A DNA stretch of 64,000 nt from Chloropicon primus (GCA_023205875.1 CP060771.1:310001-374000); one strand, 5' to 3'; shown: positions 33,601 through 43,928, counted from the stretch's first letter. The notes: generated by a model from the letters alone, not told the origin. Program-made: numbers and translations.

Positions 33601-34070
33601 AGAAGAGGAAGGAGGAGGAGGCCGCCAGGATTGCCGCCGAGGAGGAGAGGAAGAGAAAGGAGGAGGAGGCCAAGGAGAAGGTCAGGTTGGCCAAGGAGAA
33701 GGCCGAGGCGGAGGAGAGGAAGAGAAAGGAGCTCCAGGCGCAGAAGAGAAAGGAAGGAAAGCAGGGCATGCTTTACAAGAAGGGTGGAACCAAGGGCTCA
33801 AGCGTGTTCTCCAGGGCGAACTGGAACCAGAGATGGTTCGTTGTCGGTGAGGAAGGAATCTTGAGGTACTTCAAGGACCAGGACATGAAGGACATGAAGG
33901 GAGAGATCGTTCTCTCGGAGTGCAAGGCCTTCAGACTGGGCAACCACAGGGAGAGGCTCAACTGCGTGCTGTTTGAGCTGAAGAACGGAGAGACGTTCTT
34001 CATGAGCGCTGACAGTGAGACCGAGGCAGAGGATTGGCTTTCTGTTGTCAAGTTGTATGTTGAAGAATAA
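30639..34070 (+). CDS. Alpha-actinin-like actin cross-linker: CH-CH, spectrin repeats, EF-hands, ER/K single alpha helix, PH domain
   Basis: IQLKTFLNW, LLLWCQKKT, FQNGMAFCALLH, FDKDNDDKL, EEEARK-rich segment, KQGMLYKKGG..NWNQRWF..EAEDWL. Confidence 0.85.
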   Translation: MSSGGVNTEGLLPWEAIQLKTFLNWANSFIGTTDPELKILDPKTELADGIRLITLMENLTGEKLGRYHKKPKMKVHMVENLNLALKVVNEACEKKKIGLFYSAENMIEGNVKLFMGMLWVCISKFMIDFIKEDDKNARDALLLWCQKKTASYDNVTIESYRSDDFQNGMAFCALLHKHNPKSIDFGSLSPANKCDNLQLAMDVANECYGIPKLIDVSDIRESPETAYLDEKTLMTYLSFLWKQFASSKKVERVMGHVSKICRKERVNRQLMQGYETRAKKLLEWMKKQKDQYRNFAFGTSEEEVKACQQALFEFKKKEKPTKSAEKGDLETSLAYLQTKLLTEGRPPYNIPSGVSSQEISEKWADLCKRETSYEDEITRTMIMMRQANQVISGIMSHAAHYRVWIENLLTSEYFTNAKKCDSLSQADAACTQHELYEDSYEKYRLKLGMLQKNLENVTKYTRGITPTTMDEGKAQLADLESDFQKLRSSLASRKAALQADLLNQRALDAQRLEFAKRAEEFTSWVEDTKDELSTTITCGSVEEVNELVMLLEAKNEEISGKWFEIDALAALNDQSCGSEDSANPYTRFTVAELDSMLHEVLEIANNRGELLEAELKMQTGFDELRETYSSAASEYMEWAEEMKRKVATSDAETGTAEDELNLLNKLLEDLDISGREKVQTVDTKYDAITENGISLTAGRVDDAGNAIRIFSPAEISGEHELVGRIIREKSELIQEDIAAKNKSAVPEDVLAELEEAFKVFDKDNDDKLVESEFKACLQTLDMEFKEVTDANPGLADRLQEGISLQEFVDILGAIFKEQDTYEYSLECFKMLADGKDTITAADLNKSDLDPEDIDFLEELMSQLTEPNQKGARRRSLTGAPVLDYNQFLQEVYLGKASAAAQEEARLQAEADAEEQKRLDEEEAAREKEREEREERERKEREKAEAEERKAREEAEETARKAAEEARKAAEEAKRKAEEAKLAAEAEEKKRKEEEAARIAAEEERKRKEEEAKEKVRLAKEKAEAEERKRKELQAQKRKEGKQGMLYKKGGTKGSSVFSRANWNQRWFVVGEEGILRYFKDQDMKDMKGEIVLSECKAFRLGNHRERLNCVLFELKNGETFFMSADSETEAEDWLSVVKLYVEE

Positions 34071-34240
34071 GTATTTTGGTGTAGTCGAACTTTTTCAGTA
34101 ATGTTATTTGCTTGCTGATCCATCCATCCGGATGATCCGTCATCGTCATCATCATCATCATTGTTGTTGTTGTTGTTGTTACACATTAGGTTGGTTTTTG
34201 ATGACTCCAAACCGTTTACAAGATGTTTTTGTCTCTTCTT

Positions 34241-35881
34241 TTAGGTCAGCTCGACAATCATTTTGTTCTTCTTTCCTGCGGCTAGAAGCAAGAACCTTCC
34301 GTCGACAGCTTCCTCCTCCCCCACGACCTCCGCCTCCTCCTTCACGAGCCTGTTGTTCACCCGGATGGCCCCGCCCTTGATCATCCGCCGCACCGCGCTC
34401 TTGCTGGGCTGCAAGCCAACTTTCACGAGAAGGTCGACCGTGGGGAATCCCACCACCTCAGAGCGAGCTACCTGCGCGCTGGGAGCGTTGCCCGAGAGAG
34501 CGAGAGCCTCGAAGGCATCAAGGCTTGGCGGCCCATTGATCTTCTTCTGACTCTCAAAGAGACCTTTCGTGATCTTCAGCGCTTGGTCGAGGCCCTCCTG
34601 GCCGTGAACAAATTTCGTCACTTCCGCGGCCAAAACTCTCTGCGCTTCATTGGGCCCGGCGTGGCTCGGGTGGCTCGGATCCATGCTTGCCTCGATGGCC
34701 GCGACCTCGCTCATGTCCAAGAAGGTCAGCATCTTGAGGAACTTGACGACGTCTGAATCTGGCGTTCTCAGGAGGTGCTGGTACATGTGGTAGGGCGAGA
34801 GCTTGTTCCCGTCCAGCCAAATGGCTCCGCCCTCGCTCTTGCCGAATTTCTTCCCGTCTGATCCGACGAGGAGGGGAAACGTTATGCCATACGCCAAGGA
34901 CAAGTCTTCCGCCTCCCCCTCCTCCTCCTTCGGCCCAGCCGGATCGTCCTGACTGCACAGCCGTCTGATGAGGTCCGTGCCAGCGGTGATGTTTCCCCAC
35001 TGGTCGCTGCCTCCGATCTGTATCCTGCAGTCCTTGCTCCTGTACAGGTGCATGAAGTCGTAGCCCTGAAGAAGTTGGTAGGAGAACTCCGTGAACGACA
35101 TTCCACTTCCCTTGTCATCCTCGCCGGCAACCATCCTCGACTTGACAGAGTCCTTGCTCATCATGGCCCCCACCCTCGCGTACTTGCCAACGTTCCTCAG
35201 GAAGTCCAAGAACGTCATCCGCTCGAACCACTCCAAGTTGTTCAAGATCTCCACCTCCCCCCCCACGTTGCCCTGCTTCATCAGTTGGTTCAGCTGGTTC
35301 CCGATACAGGCCGTGTTGTGGTTCAGCGTTTCAACGTCGAGCATGGGCCTCTCCGCGCTCTTGCCGCTGGGATCGCCCACCAGCCCCGTTGCTCCCCCGC
35401 ACAGGCCAATCACCCTGTGGCCAGCCCTCGCGAACCAGGACAGCACGATGATCCCAAGCAAGTTCCCGAGGTGCAAGCTGTCCGCCGTGGGGTCGAAGCC
35501 GCAGTACACCGTCACCGGGGAGCAGTCCCTCCGCGCGAGCTCGCTCGCCAGGCCTTGCTCATTCGTGCAATCACTCAAGAGCTCCCTCTCTCTCAGAACC
35601 TCCAACACATCAAACCTCAATGCTGAAGCATTCACCGCCATCCTCTTCCCCTCCATCGTCGTGGAAGCTGATGATGACGGTGAGGATGATGGTGAGGATG
35701 CCCTGCAGAAGAGTGAAGATCCCATGGTCGTGCCACCCATGAACGAACCAGCCGGTCGAGCACTCAAAGGCCAGGGGCGGCATCCAGCACGAGAACGCAT
35801 CGCCGAGGTCGCAGCCACTCCGCATCGGGTGCGCACCGCCCTTGTCGCGTACTTGTGTCCAGCATGGCAAGCACACCACAT
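34241..35881 (-). CDS. Tyrosyl-tRNA synthetase, organellar (bacterial type)
   Basis: YCGFDPTADSLHLGN, QIGGSDQWGNI, KFGKS, C-terminal S4 domain. Confidence 0.93.
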   Translation of the reverse strand: MWCACHAGHKYATRAVRTRCGVAATSAMRSRAGCRPWPLSARPAGSFMGGTTMGSSLFCRASSPSSSPSSSASTTMEGKRMAVNASALRFDVLEVLRERELLSDCTNEQGLASELARRDCSPVTVYCGFDPTADSLHLGNLLGIIVLSWFARAGHRVIGLCGGATGLVGDPSGKSAERPMLDVETLNHNTACIGNQLNQLMKQGNVGGEVEILNNLEWFERMTFLDFLRNVGKYARVGAMMSKDSVKSRMVAGEDDKGSGMSFTEFSYQLLQGYDFMHLYRSKDCRIQIGGSDQWGNITAGTDLIRRLCSQDDPAGPKEEEGEAEDLSLAYGITFPLLVGSDGKKFGKSEGGAIWLDGNKLSPYHMYQHLLRTPDSDVVKFLKMLTFLDMSEVAAIEASMDPSHPSHAGPNEAQRVLAAEVTKFVHGQEGLDQALKITKGLFESQKKINGPPSLDAFEALALSGNAPSAQVARSEVVGFPTVDLLVKVGLQPSKSAVRRMIKGGAIRVNNRLVKEEAEVVGEEEAVDGRFLLLAAGKKNKMIVELT

Positions 35882-35943
35882 CCTCCTTCTCCGCCTTGAG
35901 TCACTCTCGTCGACCTCGCGACTCACTCAGAGAGCCGAATGCC

Positions 35944-36245
35944 TCAAGCGAGGGCTCGTTCGAAAGCCCTTGAGACGCCCTTTTGCCCTCTGGCACTCTC
36001 CGCTCCAGTTTTGGCGCGTCTCGACGCCAGGAGGTCTCCCGAGGTCCTCGATGCCTGTGAGCCGCAAAAACGCGATATGGCTTATCGAGTTTCTATTCCT
36101 GGAGAGGCGGAGGAAAGCGAGAGGGAGAGGGAGGAACTGGATTGGGATTGGGATTGATTGCGAGGTGAGGACGTCGTGGGAAGCGAGAGAAAAGGCAAGA
36201 TCGGGAATTGTCACGCTTTGATCTTTCCAAAGAGCCCTCGCTTGA
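35944..36245. promoter_or_regulatory. Inverted pair of the 23-bp promoter motif (TyrRS / ankyrin divergent promoter)
   Basis: tcaagcgagggctcgttcgaaag ... ctttccaaagagccctcgcttga, outer span 302 bp. Confidence 0.7.
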
Positions 36246-36378
36246 AGCAATTGACGTGGTGGTGAGTTCTTGACAGAGGAAAAACTGGCTCGGTCACCTT
36301 GGCCAAGGTGGGTTTTGCTGGTAAGACAGCGTCCTCTTTGGCTTGAAGGGTCGCCAAGTCGACGGATTTTGAGTGCCG

Positions 36379-38007
36379 ATGGGTCGGGAAGTGGAGCATG
36401 GTGGCCCACAAGGGGCCAGGGGCGTGTCCAGTGACGGATCAAGCCTCGAAGGAGGCGAAGGCGGCCTCTGTGCTGACCTGTGGCTGAACATTTTTCACAA
36501 GCTGCACGCGAACGACCACCTTCCCTTCTCCCTCACCTGCAAGATGTTTCGTGACGTGCAACTTCGATCGAGGACAAGAGTCTTGCGGACACACTTGGGA
36601 TCGACGCTATCCTGGAGTGACGCTTCCATCAAGGAGTGGAGTAGGGTCACCGAGGGTTACCTCAGGTGGCTGCTGTTCAACGTGATAAGGAACAAGCGTT
36701 ATGCTCAGATGGTGCTGAAGATTGCTGCGGTTGCTGGGAAGCTGGGCGTGTTTCAGAGCCTCCAAGCGGAGCAATTGAGCTTACTGGACAGATCAATGTT
36801 CTCTTGTGCCGCCCGGGGGAACCAGAGGGCCGTCCTGGAGTGGCTCATCGAGGCGGAGGTGGACGACTTGGACGCGAAAGTGTGTGCACAGGCAGCCCAA
36901 GGCGGGCATCTGGAGCTGCTCAAGTGGCTGAGGAACTCCAAGGGATGCCCATGGAGCTCCAACGTGTGTCTCTTCGCTGCGGAAGCAGGAAACTTTGAAA
37001 TACTTGAGTACGCTCACTCCGAGGGGTGCAGGGTGAGCTCGAGCACGGTGACGGCTGCCCTTCGAGGCGGCCACCTCGATGTATACTCGTGGCTTGTCGC
37101 GAAAGGGTGCAAGGTCGATCGCTTCACGGCCTGCGAAGCGGCCAGGCGAGGTTATCTTCGGGAGCTACAGCGGATGAAGGACGACCCCAAACTCCTCAAG
37201 TCGTGGTCCAACGAGTACGTAGCGATGGGCGCTGCGGAGGGCAGCGAGGAGGCGTGGCAGTGGCTGATCGAAAACGGTTGCCCTTTCGGTGTGAGCAGCT
37301 ACCAGGCAGTGATGCGGAAAGGTAACCTCGACGTCTTCAAGAGAATGGTGGACCACTCGACGGAAAGGGATTTGTCCTTCTTCCAGCCCGAGCGTTACCT
37401 GCCCTTCGCAGCCTTGTTCGGCCACTTGCCTCTGCTGCAGCACGCTGTAGACGTCGCGGGGATGACAATGGATGATAAAGTGTGTGCCGGAGCTGCAAAG
37501 GGGGGGCACCTGGGCATACTTCAGTGGGCTAGATCCAAGGGCTGCCCTTGGTCTTTGTCAGTCGCGAGAAACGCAGCAGAGGAATGTCACCTTGATGTCC
37601 TGCAGTGGGCTCGAAGCCAGGATCCGCCTTGCCCTTGGGACGAGAAGACTTGTGAAGGTGCAGCTCGAGGAGGTCACCTTGACGTTCTGAAGTGGCTCCG
37701 AAGCCAGGATCCGCCTTGCCCTTGGAACGGGGACGTTCCTGCCGAGGCAGCTCAAGAAGGCCACATTGATGTTCTCAAGTGGGCGCTCGCCAATGGTTGT
37801 CCGGTGGATGAGCGCACTTGCGCTTATGCAGCCAGAGCTGGCCATCTTTCCCTTCTCCTCTGGTGCAGGAAGGGCTGCCTCAAGGAATCGTGGAACTTGG
37901 ACGCCGCCCCGTGCCCCTGGAACCACCACGCCTTTCTGTATGCTACGGCGAGCGGCCACGAGGACGTTTGCGAGTGGCTGGAGAACAATGGAGCAGAAAC
38001 AGGCTGA
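36379..38007 (+). CDS. F-box-like + ankyrin-like repeat protein
   Basis: N-terminal LCADLWLNIF..FSLTCKMF; repeated GGHLxxLxW.R..GCPW units. Confidence 0.8.
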   Translation: MGREVEHGGPQGARGVSSDGSSLEGGEGGLCADLWLNIFHKLHANDHLPFSLTCKMFRDVQLRSRTRVLRTHLGSTLSWSDASIKEWSRVTEGYLRWLLFNVIRNKRYAQMVLKIAAVAGKLGVFQSLQAEQLSLLDRSMFSCAARGNQRAVLEWLIEAEVDDLDAKVCAQAAQGGHLELLKWLRNSKGCPWSSNVCLFAAEAGNFEILEYAHSEGCRVSSSTVTAALRGGHLDVYSWLVAKGCKVDRFTACEAARRGYLRELQRMKDDPKLLKSWSNEYVAMGAAEGSEEAWQWLIENGCPFGVSSYQAVMRKGNLDVFKRMVDHSTERDLSFFQPERYLPFAALFGHLPLLQHAVDVAGMTMDDKVCAGAAKGGHLGILQWARSKGCPWSLSVARNAAEECHLDVLQWARSQDPPCPWDEKTCEGAARGGHLDVLKWLRSQDPPCPWNGDVPAEAAQEGHIDVLKWALANGCPVDERTCAYAARAGHLSLLLWCRKGCLKESWNLDAAPCPWNHHAFLYATASGHEDVCEWLENNGAETG

Positions 38008-38203
38008 TGGATGGGCTCTGGTGCTTCAATCACCTCCTTGGTCACCTTCTTGGTCACCTCTGTCTTTGCTCTCCAGACTTGGGCGTAACGTCTCCCGGAG
38101 GAAGCGGGAGGAGGGGTGAATCGTGACGCCCGCGGATCACGGTCTTCGGCATGGGCATCGCGGCGTCTCCGTTCAGAATGTGAAGGAGACCTCGTCGCCC
38201 ACC

Positions 38204-40168
38204 ATGCGACCGTCAACCTCCTCGAATCCAGTGATCTCCATCGGACTCACCAGCCCGCTCCCTCCCAAGACCAAGCGCGCCACCGAGGGAACCAAGCCGG
38301 TCAGCCAGAGACCAAGGCCCCAGCAGCGAGGGGGAGGGCCATCATCGGCATCAGCCTTGCCGCTCCAACCTGGTGTGGATTCCCCCGCCACCGCCGTTAT
38401 CGCCGCCACACCCACTGCTGAAGCGACGAAGGCGATGGCGCCGCCCATTGGCACCACCTACCACGAGGGTGAGCTAGCTGTCCAAGCGAAGATGGGCGTG
38501 GCCCACACCGCCGCATTTCGTTCAGGCCACCAGAAGACCTTCCTCTCCAAGCCTGTTCAAGAGTTCTTCGCCGAGCGCCCCTTCGTGATGATTGCCGCCC
38601 ACGACGCCGAGGGAAGCATGTGGTGCTCGATGGTCGCCACAAGCGATGGCACGCCCTGCCTCTCGGACATCTCTGCGGACTCCCTCGTGCTCAAGGCCAG
38701 CACCCTGAGACCCAATGACGCACTAAGTGGTGCCCTCGTGGTCGGTATGGAGGTGGGCTTGATTGGCATTGACTTTGTTACCCGCTCCAGGGTTCGCGTG
38801 AATTGCACGGTGGCCTCTGCCCTCGCCAACGGAGACGTCGAGCTCGCTGTTGAGATCTGTGCTAGCCACTGCCCGCAGTACATCACTCAACGCTTCTGGC
38901 GCGCCGACGCGGCTGGGACGTCTGGAGAAGCCAAGGGTGATGAGGCCTCGGCCCGACTCACTGGACCTCGTGGGGCCCCGGCCCGATTCCGCCCTAACGC
39001 CAGGACGGTCTCCTCCCTGGAAGATGTCCGCGGACTCATTGACGGCTCGGACACCTTCTTCATTGGCTCGCGGTACGGCAGGAAGCCCGGCGATGGGGAC
39101 GCCAGGCACGGGGCCGACGCCTCCAATAGGTGCGGATCTCCTGGATTCGTCAGGGTGACGGGAAGAGACACCTTGGCCTTTGACAACTACAACGGGAACC
39201 AGATGTACTCCACACTTGGAAACATCGTTAAGGATCCTCGGGTTGGACTCACCTTCCTCGACTGGTCGACCGGCGACGCCGTCCAGGTCTCGGGAACCGC
39301 CGTGATCGACTTTGCCCCCGCAGGGCAGGGCAAGGAGGATGGAGGGGAGAGGGTGCTCCAAGTCGTAACGGTCAGAGTGACATCTGTTGTGGTGAGGGTT
39401 CCCGAGGCCGTTCCAGGGACTTGGACCAAGGCCCAAAGCCGCCCACTTGTCCTGTCCAGGAAGGTCCAGGAGGCGGAGGGCACCGCTTCTTTCTACCTTG
39501 AGGCGCCACCCAACACCCCGCCCCTCGCGCCCTTCAAGTCAGGACAGCACATGCCGGTTCTGGTCGGCGGCCTGAACAGGAGTTACTCCCTGAGCGGCCC
39601 TCCCGGAGCCAAGTACTACAGGATCTCCGTCAAGAACATCGGCAAGGTCTCCTCCGCGCTGCACGAGCTCGAGGAGGGCGAAGAGGTGGAGAGCCTGCCC
39701 CCAGCCGGTAGCTTTGGACCCGCCAGCCTCAAGCCCGGCTCTGATGTTGATGCTGTCGTGCTGGTTGCCGCCGGAGTTGGGATAACTCCAATGGTTAGTA
39801 TGGCGCACGCCGCGACAATGCCGACCGCCGTCGTCCACGCGGTAAGGAATGGCAAGCAGTGGCCCTTCCGAGGCGAGCTCCAGGAAATCTCGGCTCGCGC
39901 CGGGGTTCCCGTCAGGCTTCGGGCTTTTCTGAGCGGGCCGACAGAGCAGGACTTGGCAGCGGCCGAGGCAACGGCTGGAGAGGCAGAATGGAAGATTGCG
40001 GCCAAGAGGGTTGGGGTGGAGGACCTACTTGAGATCGCCAAAGATCTAGGTGCCTCGAGGCCACTCTTCTGCTTCTGCGGCCCGCTGCCCTTCTCCGCGC
40101 CGCTGCAGGCTGCCCTGGAGGATGCTGGCATCCCCGCCGCCAACATCAAGTCCGAGTCGTTTGGATAA
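38204..40168 (+). CDS. Pyridoxamine-5'-phosphate-oxidase-like (two domains) + FAD/NAD-binding FNR-type oxidoreductase fusion
   Basis: YHEGELAVQ, HCPQYITQR, GADASNRCGSPGFV, YNGNQMYSTLGN, RSYSLS, AAGVGITPM, CGP, ESFG; intronless; start uncertain (38204 or 38435). Confidence 0.82.
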   Translation: MRPSTSSNPVISIGLTSPLPPKTKRATEGTKPVSQRPRPQQRGGGPSSASALPLQPGVDSPATAVIAATPTAEATKAMAPPIGTTYHEGELAVQAKMGVAHTAAFRSGHQKTFLSKPVQEFFAERPFVMIAAHDAEGSMWCSMVATSDGTPCLSDISADSLVLKASTLRPNDALSGALVVGMEVGLIGIDFVTRSRVRVNCTVASALANGDVELAVEICASHCPQYITQRFWRADAAGTSGEAKGDEASARLTGPRGAPARFRPNARTVSSLEDVRGLIDGSDTFFIGSRYGRKPGDGDARHGADASNRCGSPGFVRVTGRDTLAFDNYNGNQMYSTLGNIVKDPRVGLTFLDWSTGDAVQVSGTAVIDFAPAGQGKEDGGERVLQVVTVRVTSVVVRVPEAVPGTWTKAQSRPLVLSRKVQEAEGTASFYLEAPPNTPPLAPFKSGQHMPVLVGGLNRSYSLSGPPGAKYYRISVKNIGKVSSALHELEEGEEVESLPPAGSFGPASLKPGSDVDAVVLVAAGVGITPMVSMAHAATMPTAVVHAVRNGKQWPFRGELQEISARAGVPVRLRAFLSGPTEQDLAAAEATAGEAEWKIAAKRVGVEDLLEIAKDLGASRPLFCFCGPLPFSAPLQAALEDAGIPAANIKSESFG

Positions 40169-40680
40169 TGGTTGCTCGCCTGTTACTTTTGCTTGGACTT
40201 TCCTCTTTTTAGTATTCTAATTCTTCTTGAAGTCTCCGCTTCTCTGTCTCTCTGAGCTTTGCTTTTCCCGCCCGCGCCAAACTCTTGTGACGGACGGACT
40301 CTGGTTGCTCCTCTCCAGACTGGGCAAGAGTAAGAGACTCCGACCCCTAATTCTTGTGATCAAGCATCCATCCCTTCACAATGGAGCAGAAACAGGCTGA
40401 CGGACGGGCTCTGATGCTCCTGATCACCTCCTTGGTCACCTCCTTGGTCACCTCCTTCCCTTCACCGTCCCCGTCCGTGCACAAAGTCCTCGACAACAAC
40501 ATCTTCCCTCTCCCTTGTCGTGCGACGAACCCGGGCGTTAATAATGGCAGTGGCTCGATGCGCAAATACAAGAGCAGCAGCGTCGAGGTGTCGAGGGCGA
40601 GGACGACGAAAGCGAGGGTGCCAAGGTTGAGGACAAGGGCACGGTCAGGAACACGGGAGGAGGCCAATCCATCGTGCACC

Positions 40681-41446
40681 ATGCGGGCGGTCATTCAGAG
40701 GGTTTTATCCGCCAGCGTGGAAGTGAATGGCTCCATCGTTTCAAGTATTGATCGAGGACTCGTTTGTTTGATCGGTTTGGGCAAAGGGGAGGAGAACGCA
40801 GAGGAGGCGACGGACTACATCGCGAAGAAGATCTTGAACGGACGTTATTTCGAGAACGAGGAGACGGGAAAGGTAACCGACGACGCTGGGAGAGGGATGA
40901 CGTCCACAAGAGGTATCGATGATGATGTTATTGTTGTTGATGATGGAAACTGTTTTGCTAACTGGATGGGATAACTTTTTGTTTGTTCCTGTTTGCCAGC
41001 CATGGGACCTGTCAGTGACGGCGAAAGGTTACGAGGTGAGTTGTGGATTGGAAGGCTTTTGCATCAAGTGCAGGAGCAATGGCTAACGCGCCGCTATCGA
41101 ACAGGTTCTACTAGTCTCGCAGTTCACGTTGTACGGCAAGTTCAAGGGCAACTCTCTTACTTATCACCAAGGTAAAGTGAGCCATTTTGGATTGCCTCCT
41201 GTGCTCTCTCTCTCTCTCTGTCTCTCTCTGTCTCTCTCTCTGACTTGGGATGGATTGCTATCCTCTGCTGCTGCAGCGATGCCGCCGACGGAAGCCAAGA
41301 GGGCGTACGAGGAGTTCTGTCAGTTGATCAAGTCGAGGTACGAGGAGGAGAAGGTTTTCGACGGCGAGTTCGGTGCGATGATGAAGGTGAGCCTCGTCAA
41401 CGATGGCCCAGTCACGATTACGGTGGATTCTTCTGTGAAGAACTAG
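40681..41446 (+). CDS. DTD1: D-aminoacyl-tRNA deacylase (three introns)
   Basis: MRAVIQRVLSASVEV, SQFTLYG, FGAMMKVSLVNDGPVT. Confidence 0.9.
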
Positions 41447-41513
41447 GCACCACAATATGTTAAATTAAAAATGAATAGAGGAGCAGTTCAAGCTTGTTGC
41501 CGCTCGCGGACGC

Positions 41514-43051
41514 TTACGAAGTATACGTGCCCTGGAGCTGCCTCTTCTTCTCGTTGGTGACGGGGACGGGTCCAAAGAGCTGGCTTTGGCTGGAGCTCCT
41601 CTTGTTCAGTGGGACGTAGTGCCTCAACCAAACGCCCTGGTAGTCCTGCTGCGGCCTCAGAATCTTGGTGTCTGGGTCAACGAGGGACTCCCTCCAGTGA
41701 GCAAGCCACCCGGAAATCCTTGGAACGGCAAAGAGGCAGGTGAAGAACTCTGGTGGGAAGCCCATGGCCCTGTAGATCAAGCCGGAGAAGAAGTCCACGT
41801 TGGGGTAAAGCTTTCTCTTGACAAAGTACTCGTCAGCCAAAGCGGCGTTCTGCAGGGCCTCGGCAACCTCGATGAGAGGGTCCTTGCCCGTGGTGGCGAA
41901 GACCTCGTCCACGATTTTCCGGATGATCTTCGCCCTAGGGTCGAAGTTCTTGTAAACGCGGTGACCGAACCCGAAGAGCTTCTCCTTCTTGTCCTTCACC
42001 CCCTGCAAGAAGGCTGGGATGTTCTGGACCGATCCGATCCTCTCAAGCATCCTGAGAACGGCCTCGTTGGCGCCTCCGTGGAGAGGTCCGTAGAGGGCGC
42101 CCACAGCTCCGGCAACGGAGGTGAAGACGTCAACCCCGCTCGAGGCCAAGTGCCTGCACGCTGCGGTGCTGCAGTTCATCTCGTGCTCGGCGTGAAGCAG
42201 GAAAAGGACGTCGAGGGCCCTGGAGAGCTTTGGGTTAGGCCTGTAGTTCACGTCCCCGTTCGAGTCGAGCATGTAAAGGAAGTTCTCGGCGTAAGAAAGC
42301 CCCGCCTTTGGCTGCGGGAGCTTCTTTCCCGTCCTCAGGTGGTACGCAGCGGCGGCGATCGCTGGGGCGTTACCGAGGATGCGAGCGATCTGCTGGTCCT
42401 GCACGATCGAGGACTTGTACACGCCAGAACCGGCGAAAGCTGGGTTGGCCTCGGGGTAGAAGGACCCAAGACTGGACAAGCCGACGACGAGGGCGCTCAT
42501 GGGGTGAGCGTTGTGTGGAAGGGCGGCGATCGCATTCTCCACTCCCTTGGGAATCACAGAGTTCTGCATGATCAGGCTCTCCCACTCGGCACTCTGCTTC
42601 TGGTTTGGCAGCTCCCCGTAAAGCACGAGGTGAGCGACGTCCAAGAACGAGGCTCCCTCGGCCAACTCCTCGATAGGGTACCCTCTGTACCTCAAGATGC
42701 CCTGAGAGAGGCAGGCGGAGAAGCAGCAGCAGCGAAGCAAGTGCGTCAGTCACGACCGGTGAGTCAGCGGACGGGACGGGTGTGGCGTCGTGTCGCGCCC
42801 TCTTCACTTACCTTTCCTCCATCAATGTAAGAGATGGAGGACTTGACTGCGGCTGTGTTCGTGTACCCTGGATCGTAGCTGCGGACACCAAGAGGCTTCA
42901 AGTCCGATGCCTTGAAGGTGTTCCCTTCGCTCACTTTCACGTTCACCTGCTTCCCGGTGGCCTCGTCCTTTATCACAAGGTGTCTGGCGAGTGTTCCAGC
43001 CCTCCGCGTCGCAGCATTCCTCATGCACACAGATCCCTCGGTCTCAGACAT
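41514..43051 (-). CDS. Citrate synthase, peroxisomal/glyoxysomal type (intron ~42703-42811)
   Basis: [48 protein letters not shown]2-like RAGTLARHL. Confidence 0.92.
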
Positions 43052-43928
43052 GATCTCTCTCGCTCCGTTGCTCTCCTCTCTCTCTCCCTCCCACTCTCTC
43101 TCTCTCTCTCTGAGTCAGAAAAAGAACAAAAAGCTTCAGTCTCCTCATTCCTGGGTCAAATGCTTCGACCGAGGGCTCGTTCGAAAGAATAAAAGCTTAT
43201 CCCTCTCGTGATGCCCTCCCCTTCGCCCCTCGCTCCGCCCGTCCTCGCCGTATCCCGCCTCGAACTCACCTCGTCTCCTATGCTGGGTGGACGACACCAA
43301 CAAGAATAAAATGGCTTCAGCAATGGGTCATTCCTTGGTCAAATGGTTCGACCGAGAGCTCATTCGAAAGAGAAAGACACGCTCTCGGTTCCTGCTCCCT
43401 CCTTTCTCCCTCCTTCCGTCGCCCAAAGCCTCCCAATGCCCGAGTACTCACCTCTGTGTTCGTCCAGCCGCCTTGATTCTTTTGCCACGTGTGTAAAATA
43501 TCTTTAGGGTTTCCTCCTCTCAGAGCGAGTGCACTTTTTGCTTTCTCCATCTGACGAGGATGAGCAGAGGAGAGGACGCTGGGGTGATGATGATGATGAT
43601 GAGGAGGAGGAGGAGGAGGAGGAGGAGGGGGAGGGGGATGGATGCTTGTGAAGGCACACCGTTCTCTGTCCCTCTCGCACTCCGCTCTCCTCTTGTCCCG
43701 GTGATCTGATCGTGATGAGAGTGGATCATTTGCAGACGAGGGAGTGGATGACAGAGGAGGACGCGTGTTTGTGTACAAAAAATCGATCGTGTTTGTGTAT
43801 AAACATAAACTAGGTTTCAAGTTGTGTTTTCTAACGCGCTAATCCTACGATCATCGAACCGTCCTCCCCATTCCCCTCCTGCCTAACGTTCCTCTTGATG
43901 AAAATCTTGGTCCCTCCCTCCCTCATCC

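Noticed and set aside
40381..40680. 100-aa N-terminal extension of DTD1
   Set aside because: Begins within the duplicated ankyrin 3' end; the canonical MRAVIQRV start is at 40681
43440..43560. Exon-like minus-strand segment (MEKAKSAL...TNTE|gtgag)
   Set aside because: Cannot be assigned to either neighbouring gene without transcripts
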